A DNA stretch of 56,596 bases, from the IMG/VR virus record IMGVR_UViG_3300027977_001210, positions 1-56,596 of that record. One strand, written 5' to 3'. The translations under genes were made by a program, and so were the position numbers. The notes under the pieces were generated by a model, which was given only the letters and a program-made list of their open reading frames with translations, ran no database searches and was not told the DNA's origin. Source of the DNA: a virus (taxonomy: Duplodnaviria; Caudoviricetes). Of this stretch, positions 19,513-29,034 are shown one piece after another (position 1 is the stretch's first letter; each line of letters starts with the position of its first letter).

Positions 19513-19623
19513 TGGTGTGGTCGGTAGGTTTCGAACCTACAAAGGCTACGAACTACGTCAGCGCCCCGTCCCCATTCTGGACTATGGGTCCAGCGGGAGC
19601 TTTGCCAATTTGCTCACGACCAC
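19513..19623 (-). tRNA. Atypical 111-nt tRNA-like RNA (Leu-type body, remodelled anticodon arm)
   Basis: 7-bp acceptor GTGGTCG/CGACCAC + A + CCA; D arm AGC-AAATTGGCAAA-GCT; T arm GTAGG-TTCGAAA-CCTAC; long variable arm; expanded anticodon region. Confidence 0.85.
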
Positions 19624-19629
19624 AAGTAT

Positions 19630-19658
19630 AGTATATAACCTTATTTTTTTAAATGCAA
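19630..19658 (-). promoter_or_regulatory. sigma70 promoter of the tRNA-like gene
   Basis: TTGCAT-17 nt-TATACT; first base of the acceptor stem lies 7 nt after the -10. Confidence 0.75.
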
Positions 19659-19709
19659 GAGATATCTGTGTTAAATACTAGCATATTATGAACAAATTGG
19701 AAATTAAAT

Positions 19710-20081
19710 ATGCTTGAGCATCTACATTTATTGGTGCAAGGCACATCAACAAACTTGTTATCTGAATTTGATATCAAAAACTTTATTCTAGATTTAATTC
19801 AAAAGATTGATATGGATATACTAGGTGGCCCACACATCTATCGTTCGGATATCAAAGGAAACGAAGGTTATACTGCAATTACCGCTATAACAACAAGTCA
19901 CGTTGTTATCCACACATGGGATACTGGATTGATACAACTAGATGTTTACAGTTGCAAAAAATTTGATATTTTAGATATTGTGGAGCCGTTAAAGACACTT
20001 TCTATTACGGATATAAAAATCAAATTCCTCGATAGGTCAAACGGTTTTAGAAATATTGAAATTCCGGGGAACGACCAATGA
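19710..20081 (+). CDS. speD: S-adenosylmethionine decarboxylase-family proenzyme
   Basis: G.T...ITTSHVVIHTW...QLDVYSCK.F pyruvoyl-enzyme motif; TAAATA at 19672-19677. Confidence 0.8.
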   Translation: MLEHLHLLVQGTSTNLLSEFDIKNFILDLIQKIDMDILGGPHIYRSDIKGNEGYTAITAITTSHVVIHTWDTGLIQLDVYSCKKFDILDIVEPLKTLSITDIKIKFLDRSNGFRNIEIPGNDQ

Positions 20082-20608
20082 TTTGGATATTTGGAGACAG
20101 CTTTGCTTCAAGCGGTCAAGATTTGTCATGGACTAGTATTATTGGAGATACTCAAAATTTTGCATCTAACGGCAGCAGCGAATATCGTATTTTAAAAAAT
20201 TATCTTTTACAGAAATCAAATATCAAAGAAACTGATCTAGTATTATTTGTGCATACTTCCCAAAGTAGAATATTTTTAAAAGATGATCGAGAGCTGTCAA
20301 GCAGAATGTTGTCATCGCATGCAGCATGCGATATTATTTTTAACGATGTGTTTGAAAAAAAAGAAAAACAGTATATCGAGATTTTAGAATCAATATGGGA
20401 TGACGAATTCTTTAATGACATCTTTAATCTAATGGTTGACAAGCTACTCAGAGTTCCAAACAGCTATCATTTAACTTTTTTTGAATCACCACGCACTGAA
20501 CTGGTTAATTTAAATCACATATGGTTAAACAATCAAGGAGAAATTAATCATATGAATGCAACCGGTAATCAACTTGTGGCTGATTATGTTAAGCAGTTAA
20601 AGCGTTAA
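20078..20608 (+). CDS. SGNH/GDSL-like protein
   Basis: IFGDSF block I; C-terminal NHMNATGN. Confidence 0.6.
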   Translation: MIWIFGDSFASSGQDLSWTSIIGDTQNFASNGSSEYRILKNYLLQKSNIKETDLVLFVHTSQSRIFLKDDRELSSRMLSSHAACDIIFNDVFEKKEKQYIEILESIWDDEFFNDIFNLMVDKLLRVPNSYHLTFFESPRTELVNLNHIWLNNQGEINHMNATGNQLVADYVKQLKR

Positions 20609-21755
20609 GTAATCTAGTTTCAAATTCTCTAAAGTATTCTGCATCAGCAATTGCCGGAGCGCACCCACTTATACTGTATTTGACATCTGGGCCACCAGTC
20701 AATCCATGTTTAACATACGTGTCGGCGGTTATAGGTGTAGTAAGTTTATAAGAAAAGATCAAACCAATAACTACACAATCCCTAACCAATCCCATTGCTG
20801 TTAGTTTTGCACCTAGCATTGTTAGTTTATCTTCGATCTCAAGAATTTTTTTGCTGTCAAATATTTCCCACACTGCTAATGCAGCTCCAACACCCGCCAT
20901 ATTTGGTTGCCAGGTATGACCGTAGTCCCATTTGTCCTTAATTACATCTGATATGCGTTCAACAGCACAGGCACAGCTTAGTGGACTAAATCCGCCAGTT
21001 AATGCTTTACCTAATGCTACTATGTCCGGCTGCACTCCGTAACGTTCTTGACTAAATTTGTAACCCAGCTTTCCCATACCGCCCATTACATCATCAACAA
21101 TTAAGTTAACTCCATATTCTGTACAAATATTGCGAATGTCTTGCCACCATTTTAAACTCCAAGGACGTATACTTGCCGCCCACGGGATTGATTCCATAAT
21201 AATAGCACCAACAGTATTATCAGTTTCCAATACTTGTTTAACACGATTAAATGCTATTTCTTCGTGTGTTTCTCTATCTTCTATCTTCCACCATTCGGGA
21301 GCACCTAGTACCGTAACATTAGGCATGGTTTCCTCACCTCGAAATGCGCGACATAGATATGTTGCTCCGTGGTATCCCGGTGAAAACGATACTATAGTTG
21401 TTCGAGTTGGATCAACTTGACGCCAGTAATGACTATTCATAGCAACTGCACATTCAACCCCGTCGGTACCACTTATTGCATACCCAACTCCTGTAAAATT
21501 ACCTTCTTTGCAGAGCAACGCTACTAGTGTGTCGTTGGCTTGGCACACTTCGTTATGTTTGAAATTGAGATATGCTAATTGACGTTGTTGTTCGTACATG
21601 CGGTTTAAGATAATCTCATTATCATATCCGTAGATAAATGACATATTACCGCAGATGGTATCTAACAGTTTACCGTGATTGGTATGTATCCAATAACCTT
21701 CTGTTTTAAAAACCTCAGTAACCACTTCTTCAGTAGTTTTAAAATTTAACTCCAT
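20589..21755 (-). CDS. Class III PLP aminotransferase
   Basis: SGTDGVE, GYHG, IIMES, VDDVMGGMGKLG, PDIVALGKALTGG, GHT. Confidence 0.9.
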   Translation of the reverse strand: MELNFKTTEEVVTEVFKTEGYWIHTNHGKLLDTICGNMSFIYGYDNEIILNRMYEQQRQLAYLNFKHNEVCQANDTLVALLCKEGNFTGVGYAISGTDGVECAVAMNSHYWRQVDPTRTTIVSFSPGYHGATYLCRAFRGEETMPNVTVLGAPEWWKIEDRETHEEIAFNRVKQVLETDNTVGAIIMESIPWAASIRPWSLKWWQDIRNICTEYGVNLIVDDVMGGMGKLGYKFSQERYGVQPDIVALGKALTGGFSPLSCACAVERISDVIKDKWDYGHTWQPNMAGVGAALAVWEIFDSKKILEIEDKLTMLGAKLTAMGLVRDCVVIGLIFSYKLTTPITADTYVKHGLTGGPDVKYSISGCAPAIADAEYFREFETRLLNALTA

Positions 21756-22841
21756 TTAAAATCCTAATTTATTTAATACTCTGTCTTTAAATGAAAGTTC
21801 ATCACTTCGCCCCATAGTTGCAAAATAATCACGCATTTGTTTTTTGTAAACATTTTGAAACTCTTTTTGTATATATGGATTGTAGTTGTCTTCTTGAATG
21901 TGATTATAATCATATTGTATACGTTGAGCTAGTCTGCTTTCAACCCCGCCTAATCGCCTGTGCAAGGTAATACTGTTATCAAATAAACATAAATCATTAT
22001 CGTTTTGATACCAATGATCGTATGTGTACTCTGGTACAAACAACTCTTTTGCAATACGTTCAAACACACTGTCTGAATCCTTTTTGCTCATACCTTCGAT
22101 GGATGACATTGTATGTACACTAAAATGCAGTCCTTTGTGGCCGCCCGGGCTACGCATTACCATAGGAACTCTTGAGTCATCGACAGGACACATATTTTTA
22201 TAAATGATCATGTCTTGCTCTTTACGCAATCCTGGATTTATTTTCCCCGGTGCAAATCGATGTAGGACAACCATTTCGTCTAGCTCACTGCGGAAGCTCT
22301 CACTTTGTTTTTCATACCAATCCACAGTGGTCATAAAACCTGTTGAGCTACCAACCATTCCGGTTTCGCCCAACAACGATACACCCGGCGTGAATAATAA
22401 ATTACCAGACTCATTGCTGTGCCATAATAACTCGCCTTCAGCAAATAGACCAACTGGTTCGCCGTACTCATTTTTCTTGCCTGTAACTTTTAACAATGCC
22501 AGTGGTCGGCCTTGTTCATCTGTTTCTAATAAAGGACGCAAGAACTGCAACCACTTACTATCTTCCTCTCCTACTTGTGCATTTGAGTTAAGTGCTTCAA
22601 TTGGAGTAATATGATGTTTCTTTGTAAAATAGTAAGATGCAGTGTCTCTAGGAGTCCCCCATTTACCAATTTGTTCAATGTATCTTTTTTTAGTAAGATT
22701 AGTGTTTCGTATAATTGTAACTAGACTGTTTAGGTGTAGTTTGCCAATTTCCAACCATTCTTCGTCAGTGATGTGATCAAAGTCTACATTGTCTACAAAT
22801 GCTCCAAATCTTCCTAGTCCCGGTATTTTGCTAATTTTCAT
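21756..22841 (-). CDS. TauD/TfdA-family 2OG dioxygenase (start probably 22841)
   Basis: GAFVDNVD, WHSNE, HWYQNDNDLCLFDNSITLHRR, RLAQR. Confidence 0.8.
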   Translation of the reverse strand: MKISKIPGLGRFGAFVDNVDFDHITDEEWLEIGKLHLNSLVTIIRNTNLTKKRYIEQIGKWGTPRDTASYYFTKKHHITPIEALNSNAQVGEEDSKWLQFLRPLLETDEQGRPLALLKVTGKKNEYGEPVGLFAEGELLWHSNESGNLLFTPGVSLLGETGMVGSSTGFMTTVDWYEKQSESFRSELDEMVVLHRFAPGKINPGLRKEQDMIIYKNMCPVDDSRVPMVMRSPGGHKGLHFSVHTMSSIEGMSKKDSDSVFERIAKELFVPEYTYDHWYQNDNDLCLFDNSITLHRRLGGVESRLAQRIQYDYNHIQEDNYNPYIQKEFQNVYKKQMRDYFATMGRSDELSFKDRVLNKLGF

Positions 22842-22843
22842 AA

Positions 22844-23467
22844 TTATTCCTTTACTTTTAATAGCAGTCCGCAAATTAAACTATAACGTGTAACATTGGA
22901 CTTGTTGTAACCTTCGTGCCATGCTGTATGATCGTTGATATGTAATACACCGTTACCAAATGTGTTGTTTATCCTTAGTGGATCATCAAACTTGTTGCTA
23001 GTATAATATACCGTTGATTGATCTGGATCATCTTCCTCAACAAAATATATCATAGCGGTCGCAATCTGTAATCGTGTATCTATGTGTAACGGTATATGGA
23101 ATCCGGGTTGGTCTCTATTAAACATGCAACCCCAAAACGTATACTGGAGCATCTGTTCCTTACTCCACCCTTCCCATAAACTACTTATATAGTCACCTTG
23201 TGCTTCGTATACAAAGTTGACAAGTTGCTCTTTTACACTATTTGAATTTACAAACTCCATAATATCTTTCAACACCTGGCTTTTTGGATTTAAAAGGCCA
23301 GACCGTTGTGCATACGGATTCCCTGACAATCCCGCATCTTCCTTCCTATCAGCGTGTGCTTGCCAATCTTCTGAATCTAATGCGTTTATAATGGTAGCAT
23401 AGTCGTAATCTAGCGATACCGTTAGCTCATACAGTCCAGGACGTAGTAAATTAATAGTCAAGTTCAT
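22844..23467 (-). CDS. Fe(II)/2OG oxygenase
   Basis: HID...WHEG...RYS. Confidence 0.7.
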   Translation of the reverse strand: MNLTINLLRPGLYELTVSLDYDYATIINALDSEDWQAHADRKEDAGLSGNPYAQRSGLLNPKSQVLKDIMEFVNSNSVKEQLVNFVYEAQGDYISSLWEGWSKEQMLQYTFWGCMFNRDQPGFHIPLHIDTRLQIATAMIYFVEEDDPDQSTVYYTSNKFDDPLRINNTFGNGVLHINDHTAWHEGYNKSNVTRYSLICGLLLKVKE

Positions 23468-23964
23468 TTAAATACCGACATTTCAAATAATAATATATCT
23501 GGCTTTGCTAGTTCTATAGAGTTAACTACATAGTCACAGCAGTTATCCCAAGTGGTATGATCGTTGCCATCTCCAAACTTTATCAAGTACATCTTAGGAT
23601 TAAGAGCATTTTTAGATATTAATTCCCAGTGTTTGTTTTCAAGTAGAATCTTTTGTTTTTTATATTCGGCATCCTTGGCTTCAAACGCTGATAATGTAAC
23701 ACATGTGCTGACATTGATAATTTCTTTGTTGGTTCCAATCCAATGGTTCCATACTTGTTCTAATAATACGATTTGTAAAACTGGCAAATACAAACAATTT
23801 ACAAATATATCACAGGGCAGTATAGCATCCACTATAGAGTTGATATTGTTAAAATCATAACCTAACGAGCGTGAAATATCGATTACCGTATGGCCGCGTT
23901 TAGTATAAGCCTTTGCAATACTCTGCCCGACTGATGAAGTTCCGCCCGTTATTGCTATTTTCAT
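23464..23964 (-). CDS. Short SDR-like NAD(P)-binding protein
   Basis: KIAITGGTSSVG, DIFVN, IINVS, YxxxK. Confidence 0.7.
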   Translation of the reverse strand: MKIAITGGTSSVGQSIAKAYTKRGHTVIDISRSLGYDFNNINSIVDAILPCDIFVNCLYLPVLQIVLLEQVWNHWIGTNKEIINVSTCVTLSAFEAKDAEYKKQKILLENKHWELISKNALNPKMYLIKFGDGNDHTTWDNCCDYVVNSIELAKPDILLFEMSVFK

Positions 23965-25121
23965 AAATTTAATAGATCTAACTTTGACTTATCGGGATTG
24001 CGATTAAACAGATATCGTGCTGGAGGAGTATCAGGTAACGGAATGTTCTGATTCTTAAATACATCTCTACGAATAATCTGATGTAGGAAGTTTGTTATGC
24101 CGTCTGGCACAAAATTGCACCAAGGACCGCTACGTAATTCTTCCATGTCTATATTGGTTTCATCGCACCACGCTATTAATCTAACAACTTTATCATCTAT
24201 TTTTACCATTACATGATAGATATTATTGTCTGCTTGTATAATGCGTTCAAAAATCTTGCCATGATCGTTGCACCACTTCTCGACACGTTTATATAGATTG
24301 CTAACAAATGGTTGTTCTGAACTGGCGTTGCGGCCAATCTCTGCTCCGCACCTAATGCGAAAATTCTTTGGGGTCCAAGGGTTACTTGTAATCTCAGTTA
24401 AGATATAATCTAACTCGCTGAAGTCAACCATGGTATAACTTATGTAACCTATCCTGACATTTTCGCGATGCATATTTTCAATAGCACTTATTTGTTTACG
24501 TCTTACTGTTTCGTGGTCAATGTAACTTGGATGATTAAGACCTATGTTAACTCCGGTAAGTCCTGCGGCCACACACTGATGACCAAAATCGCTATCATTG
24601 AACCTTAGCCCGTTAGTCATTACACTTACATTCATTGAAGGGTGAATGTTTCGTATTGCTGTAACCAATTCTGGAAAGTCTTTACGCAAGGTACTTTCGG
24701 CGCCGGCAAGGATAATTCTATGTACTCCATTATCACCCACAGGCATGGCTCGTATTTGATTGAGCAATTCTTCTATAGAAGGGTCACGGGTATCATTCTC
24801 TGGTAAATGGTAACAATGCGGGCACTCTAAGTTACAACGGTCACTACCTTCAATAAGAACTCCGCCATTAAAATTAAACTCTGGATTATCCTGAGTATAA
24901 TACAGGTTAGCGTAAAACTCATAATCAGCTTCAATCATGTGATGGCTGACACCGTGTATAGGACACGCCTTGGCAATAAACACTTGATTGTCTTTGTGGT
25001 AACGCCACGCAGGAACATGCCTATGGCACTGATGGCAAAGACTCACAGTAGGATCTAACTGAATTCCAGTAATACCAGCAAGTATCCTATCTATGTTGGA
25101 AGAATTAAATCCTAGTAGCAT
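23961..25121 (-). CDS. Radical SAM protein with N-terminal CxxC...CxxH metal site
   Basis: CNLECPHC; SLCHQC...KACPIHG; MTNG. Confidence 0.88.
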   Translation of the reverse strand: MLLGFNSSNIDRILAGITGIQLDPTVSLCHQCHRHVPAWRYHKDNQVFIAKACPIHGVSHHMIEADYEFYANLYYTQDNPEFNFNGGVLIEGSDRCNLECPHCYHLPENDTRDPSIEELLNQIRAMPVGDNGVHRIILAGAESTLRKDFPELVTAIRNIHPSMNVSVMTNGLRFNDSDFGHQCVAAGLTGVNIGLNHPSYIDHETVRRKQISAIENMHRENVRIGYISYTMVDFSELDYILTEITSNPWTPKNFRIRCGAEIGRNASSEQPFVSNLYKRVEKWCNDHGKIFERIIQADNNIYHVMVKIDDKVVRLIAWCDETNIDMEELRSGPWCNFVPDGITNFLHQIIRRDVFKNQNIPLPDTPPARYLFNRNPDKSKLDLLNL

Positions 25122-27031
25122 TACAGTAACATTCCGGTATGCACGTTTGACACAATTGGTAAAATTGGTATCACTGGTTTTCTTAAAGGCCCGGCATCAA
25201 TTATTTCTGTATAAGGATTAGTAACATTTATAATGTCTGTCTTACGTAAAAATTTTTCATACATTTGATCCTGCATATGACTAACAGCATCTCGTCTGTT
25301 AACTGAGTACTCACAATCAGTAACAGTCCACCGATCAATATCAATAGATGAATGTATAGTAAACGGGTATTGTTTATTATTGTCTTTAATAAACGCATGT
25401 TGTAATTCAGCAATACATGGATCAACAGTAACAAAATGATGAGCTGCTTGTATACCTAAGTTAATATAATACTCTTTATTCTCAAGTATAATATTTCCGC
25501 CATAACTTTCGGATAGCGTTAGTGCAACTACATTGCCCCAGCGTTCTTCGTCGGGCACTTCGCCTCGATGCAAATAACTAATTAATATTTCTTCTACATT
25601 TTCTAATATTTTACCCGCAACTGGATCAGCCTTAATAACTTGATACATATGATCATAAAACTTTCTGTAATGTATGCCCTTAATATGGTAAAGGTATTTA
25701 GAAATAATTTGTGTGTATCCGCTATAATGAAACTGTGTCATCATCCAAGCATGTGAAAGACACTCAGCAAGGTCTTGCCTTGTAGCAGTATTAGTTTCAC
25801 ACACCATAGCAATGACTTCGTGACTGTTATCTTCGTCATCCCATTTACGTTCTTCCTTGGTTCGGAATAAATCTCCAGGATACATCACCTGTATACCGTA
25901 TTTGTCACGATACTCTTGAGTGTCCATTTCACTGTTAGGAATAACAGTAGCTAGATATGTTTTGATACTATCGTGTTGCCCTAATTCCAACAAACGCATG
26001 ATTCCATTAATGTAACTATCCTTAGTTTCTAATGGAAGTCCAAGAACAAGTTCTGTATAATTTTTAATATTATGTTTTCTACATAACGCATAGGCACGCT
26101 CTAAATCATTCATTCCCATAATGTTACGTTTAACTACTTCTAGTGTAGGAGGATGCAAACTTTGAATAGCAATTTCTAAACCGTAAGACCATTCACGTAT
26201 GTTTTTTTCGATTTCAAAACATGCTTCGTTTAAGTTCTTAGCATGGTTGAATGTAACACGACGAATCTTACTTCCCGGCTTTTGTATAGCTGCTCGAACT
26301 AGCTTAGATATCTCAATATCTCGATCTTTTAAAATTCCCGAGTTGGCGTCAATAACAAACATCCAATGAATATTATTTGTAGTTGCCCAATCAATTTCTG
26401 CACTAGCACGATCCATGCTAAACAATTTTAATTTGTTAAGATAGTCTGCACCCCAGCCGCAGAACGAACAGTGATAAGGACACCCGCGATTTGTTTCGAC
26501 CATCATGAACCAAGATACATCAGGATTGTCAGCGACAATTTTATCGAAGAATCCAGTTAAGTAAGGACTAGGATAATTTTCCAACGATTGCTGTCTAGCA
26601 TTTTTCCAGTATCTGGGTATCTTTTCTCCTGCTAAGTCCATCTTAAGTAACTTGGCCCAGGCTTCCTCGCCTTCCCCAAACATCAGCACATCGATAAATT
26701 CATGCTGTTGCCAAGTTTCCTCAATACTGGGCCCACCAAATACTATTAAACAATTTGGATACTTTTCTTTGATCTTTTTAGCAAGAGTTAGATTCCAGTT
26801 ATGATTCCACACGTAGGTACTAAAACCAATGATGTCAGGATCGATAATTTTTTCCATAACATCACGTTGTCTATCTCTACGCCAGATAACATCTTTCAAC
26901 TCGTAGTTGTTGTATACTTCTTCAAATTGATTAGCATAAGCCCAAATACAACCCACACTAAACGGCAAGTAGTGTTCGTTGTTAAGATAGCCCGAAGTGA
27001 TTTCGGCTTGTATCAAGTATACATTCTTCAT
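25121..27031 (-). CDS. B12-binding radical SAM protein
   Basis: PDIIGFSTYVWN, VFGGP, GEGE, ETNRGCPYHCSFC, LGLP. Confidence 0.9.
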   Translation of the reverse strand: MKNVYLIQAEITSGYLNNEHYLPFSVGCIWAYANQFEEVYNNYELKDVIWRRDRQRDVMEKIIDPDIIGFSTYVWNHNWNLTLAKKIKEKYPNCLIVFGGPSIEETWQQHEFIDVLMFGEGEEAWAKLLKMDLAGEKIPRYWKNARQQSLENYPSPYLTGFFDKIVADNPDVSWFMMVETNRGCPYHCSFCGWGADYLNKLKLFSMDRASAEIDWATTNNIHWMFVIDANSGILKDRDIEISKLVRAAIQKPGSKIRRVTFNHAKNLNEACFEIEKNIREWSYGLEIAIQSLHPPTLEVVKRNIMGMNDLERAYALCRKHNIKNYTELVLGLPLETKDSYINGIMRLLELGQHDSIKTYLATVIPNSEMDTQEYRDKYGIQVMYPGDLFRTKEERKWDDEDNSHEVIAMVCETNTATRQDLAECLSHAWMMTQFHYSGYTQIISKYLYHIKGIHYRKFYDHMYQVIKADPVAGKILENVEEILISYLHRGEVPDEERWGNVVALTLSESYGGNIILENKEYYINLGIQAAHHFVTVDPCIAELQHAFIKDNNKQYPFTIHSSIDIDRWTVTDCEYSVNRRDAVSHMQDQMYEKFLRKTDIINVTNPYTEIIDAGPLRKPVIPILPIVSNVHTGMLL

Positions 27032-27038
27032 TAGATAT

Positions 27039-28124
27039 TTATGAAGCTGTAATTATTGATCGTTTATTTCCCCGACGTTTGATGTCTAGTGTAAGACAAT
27101 GTACGCCTGCTTCCCAAAAGAGTCCGTGTCGCATTTTGCATACATGCGCTTTAATACCCATGGTTTCCATAAGTTCAAATACCCTTGGTTGATCGATAGA
27201 AAATATAATATTTTTAGGATCTACTACTAGATTATTACTTTCAAATGCAATTTCCTGGGAATAGCCCTTCCACTCAGACGTCCAACTTTCCAGCCATTCA
27301 ACGGTTAGTCTGCCTTTATTATCTCGCCATTCATTCATGAATTTTTGATAATCAAAAGCTGGCTTAGGAGTTAGTGTATCTAATTCGATTACATTTTTAT
27401 TTCGTAGAACTTCAGGAACCCAACGCTTGTTTAAACAGAATACGGTGTCGTCATCGTTCATGTAGAATCCGTGATCAATGTGTCCCCAGTTGTCTACTAC
27501 TGTGTTATCGTTATTAATGATATGGGCATCTGAGTTTCTACGCATCCATTCTAACCCTAGTTGACTGCCTGGACCGAGGTTATTTGTTATAAGTGCATCG
27601 CCGCACTTAAACATAGTAGCTGTATGCCATAACACACTATCTTTATACTGTTCATGATATATCTGTACGCCTTCTAAAAACCACTTTTTATTTTCGTTAA
27701 GATTTTGTAATATAGGTGGTGGCTGGCTAATCCAGTTATGACCTTCTTTAAACAATCTTGAAAATATCTCGTAGTAATTAACGCTGTCAAGATATCTATC
27801 AGGCATACTTGTATATGTTTGATATACTGTTTCACCATGCACTAGATATTGATCTCTGGGCACAATGGGGAAGGTTGCGTTGCGTATTAGAAAGTCGCCT
27901 TGATTAATGACCTGTTGAAATTCTGTTATCCTTGGTCTAAAAACCTTAACACCTAGACTTTCTAATGTTTTTGCTAAATTGTCTAAGTCTTCTTTTGTTT
28001 CAAAAAGTATTTCGTCAAACAATTCTCTTGCCCTGTTATCAAGGTTCCAGCTAGGATCACTTTGTTGAGGACAATCTCCAACAATAACTTCTTCTAGTGG
28101 ATCCCAATTTGTCCAAATGCTCAT
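27039..28124 (-). CDS. Amidinotransferase (glycine/inosamine-phosphate family)
   Basis: WDPLEEVIVG, PRD, HID, GVHCLTLD. Confidence 0.85.
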   Translation of the reverse strand: MSIWTNWDPLEEVIVGDCPQQSDPSWNLDNRARELFDEILFETKEDLDNLAKTLESLGVKVFRPRITEFQQVINQGDFLIRNATFPIVPRDQYLVHGETVYQTYTSMPDRYLDSVNYYEIFSRLFKEGHNWISQPPPILQNLNENKKWFLEGVQIYHEQYKDSVLWHTATMFKCGDALITNNLGPGSQLGLEWMRRNSDAHIINNDNTVVDNWGHIDHGFYMNDDDTVFCLNKRWVPEVLRNKNVIELDTLTPKPAFDYQKFMNEWRDNKGRLTVEWLESWTSEWKGYSQEIAFESNNLVVDPKNIIFSIDQPRVFELMETMGIKAHVCKMRHGLFWEAGVHCLTLDIKRRGNKRSIITAS

Positions 28125-28534
28125 GTGTTTAAAATCTCTTGTAAATATTCATCGTCCCATACACTATAGTAAGTTGTATTGGATAGTTTTTCCCTTGCCT
28201 TAATTAATTTTTCACGCCGTTGGCACAATATCAAATTATACTTGCCGTTGTTTGTCTGGACACCGTTTATTTCGGTGTAACGACTTTTTGGGTCAGGTAA
28301 GAATATCATACTAGTATACATGTTATTATATTCTTTTGCAAGCTCGATGATCTCATGTTCGGTATAGTTGTCTGGAAACTTATATATAACGAGTTCGAAA
28401 TCCCAGGGCGGGGGATTTACATCACTGCCATCTGTTTCTATAATTTCATATTCAGATCCTTTAGCGAAAGGACATACTGAAAATCCATTTAATGATTCGT
28501 GCTTAACACTGATACGTTCGATCCACTCTTTCAT
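28121..28534 (-). CDS. Hypothetical protein (CPFA motif, DUF1415-like)
   Basis: WI...CPFA motif; ATGA overlaps at both ends. Confidence 0.6.
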   Translation of the reverse strand: MKEWIERISVKHESLNGFSVCPFAKGSEYEIIETDGSDVNPPPWDFELVIYKFPDNYTEHEIIELAKEYNNMYTSMIFLPDPKSRYTEINGVQTNNGKYNLILCQRREKLIKAREKLSNTTYYSVWDDEYLQEILNT

Positions 28535-29034
28535 TTACTAGTACTCACTTGTAATACTAGACGAGAAGTAATGCCTACATTAATAGCACCGTGAGGATCA
28601 CGACTGTCGTCGTATTGATAAACATCTCCTGCCTTGTAGTCTGTTATCACAACATCATTGTAGACAAACCAGTGCCCGTTTTGATAGTCTTGTAATGGAA
28701 TCCAGTAGCGTTGGCTGTTTAATTCGTATGAAGTGTGTGGATCGGTATGAATCGGCATGCAGTTTCCTGGCAACATTTTAGTGATCCACCAGTGAAAGTT
28801 CTTACCTTCGCACCAAGGAGGGTTGATTTCAAATGATACATTGTTTTTATCAAACATATAAAAGTATTCAGTCTCGAGATTGTATCCTGCTTTTACTGCT
28901 TTGTCCCATTGTTCTTGCATTATAGGACTGTCGGGCTGTGGTCCTTCTTTGAATCTAGCCATACCCTTTGAAGTTAATAGTTCGTCAATCCACTCTTGTT
29001 TGATCCATTCTTTAAAATTACCTATATATTTCAT
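28531..29034 (-). CDS. Small 2OG/AspH-like oxygenase, 'YIGNF' family
   Basis: PGNCMPIHTD...RYW...YKAGD...HGAIN...RLVLQ. Confidence 0.75.
   Translation of the reverse strand: MKYIGNFKEWIKQEWIDELLTSKGMARFKEGPQPDSPIMQEQWDKAVKAGYNLETEYFYMFDKNNVSFEINPPWCEGKNFHWWITKMLPGNCMPIHTDPHTSYELNSQRYWIPLQDYQNGHWFVYNDVVITDYKAGDVYQYDDSRDPHGAINVGITSRLVLQVSTSK

Noticed and set aside
19561-19600. Intron, tRNA-Sec or tmRNA explanation for the long tRNA
   Set aside because: The extra sequence is far too short for a group I intron or tmRNA, there is no UCA anticodon, and I found no excision that restores a canonical U33 loop.
19513-19623. Ordinary tRNA-Met/Ile2 (CAT)
   Set aside because: The CAT hairpin is displaced from the D arm, lacks U33 and sits on a long-variable-arm body.
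19367-19681. 104-aa plus-strand ORF
   Set aside because: Antisense to the Hc1-like gene and the tRNA-like gene; no RBS.
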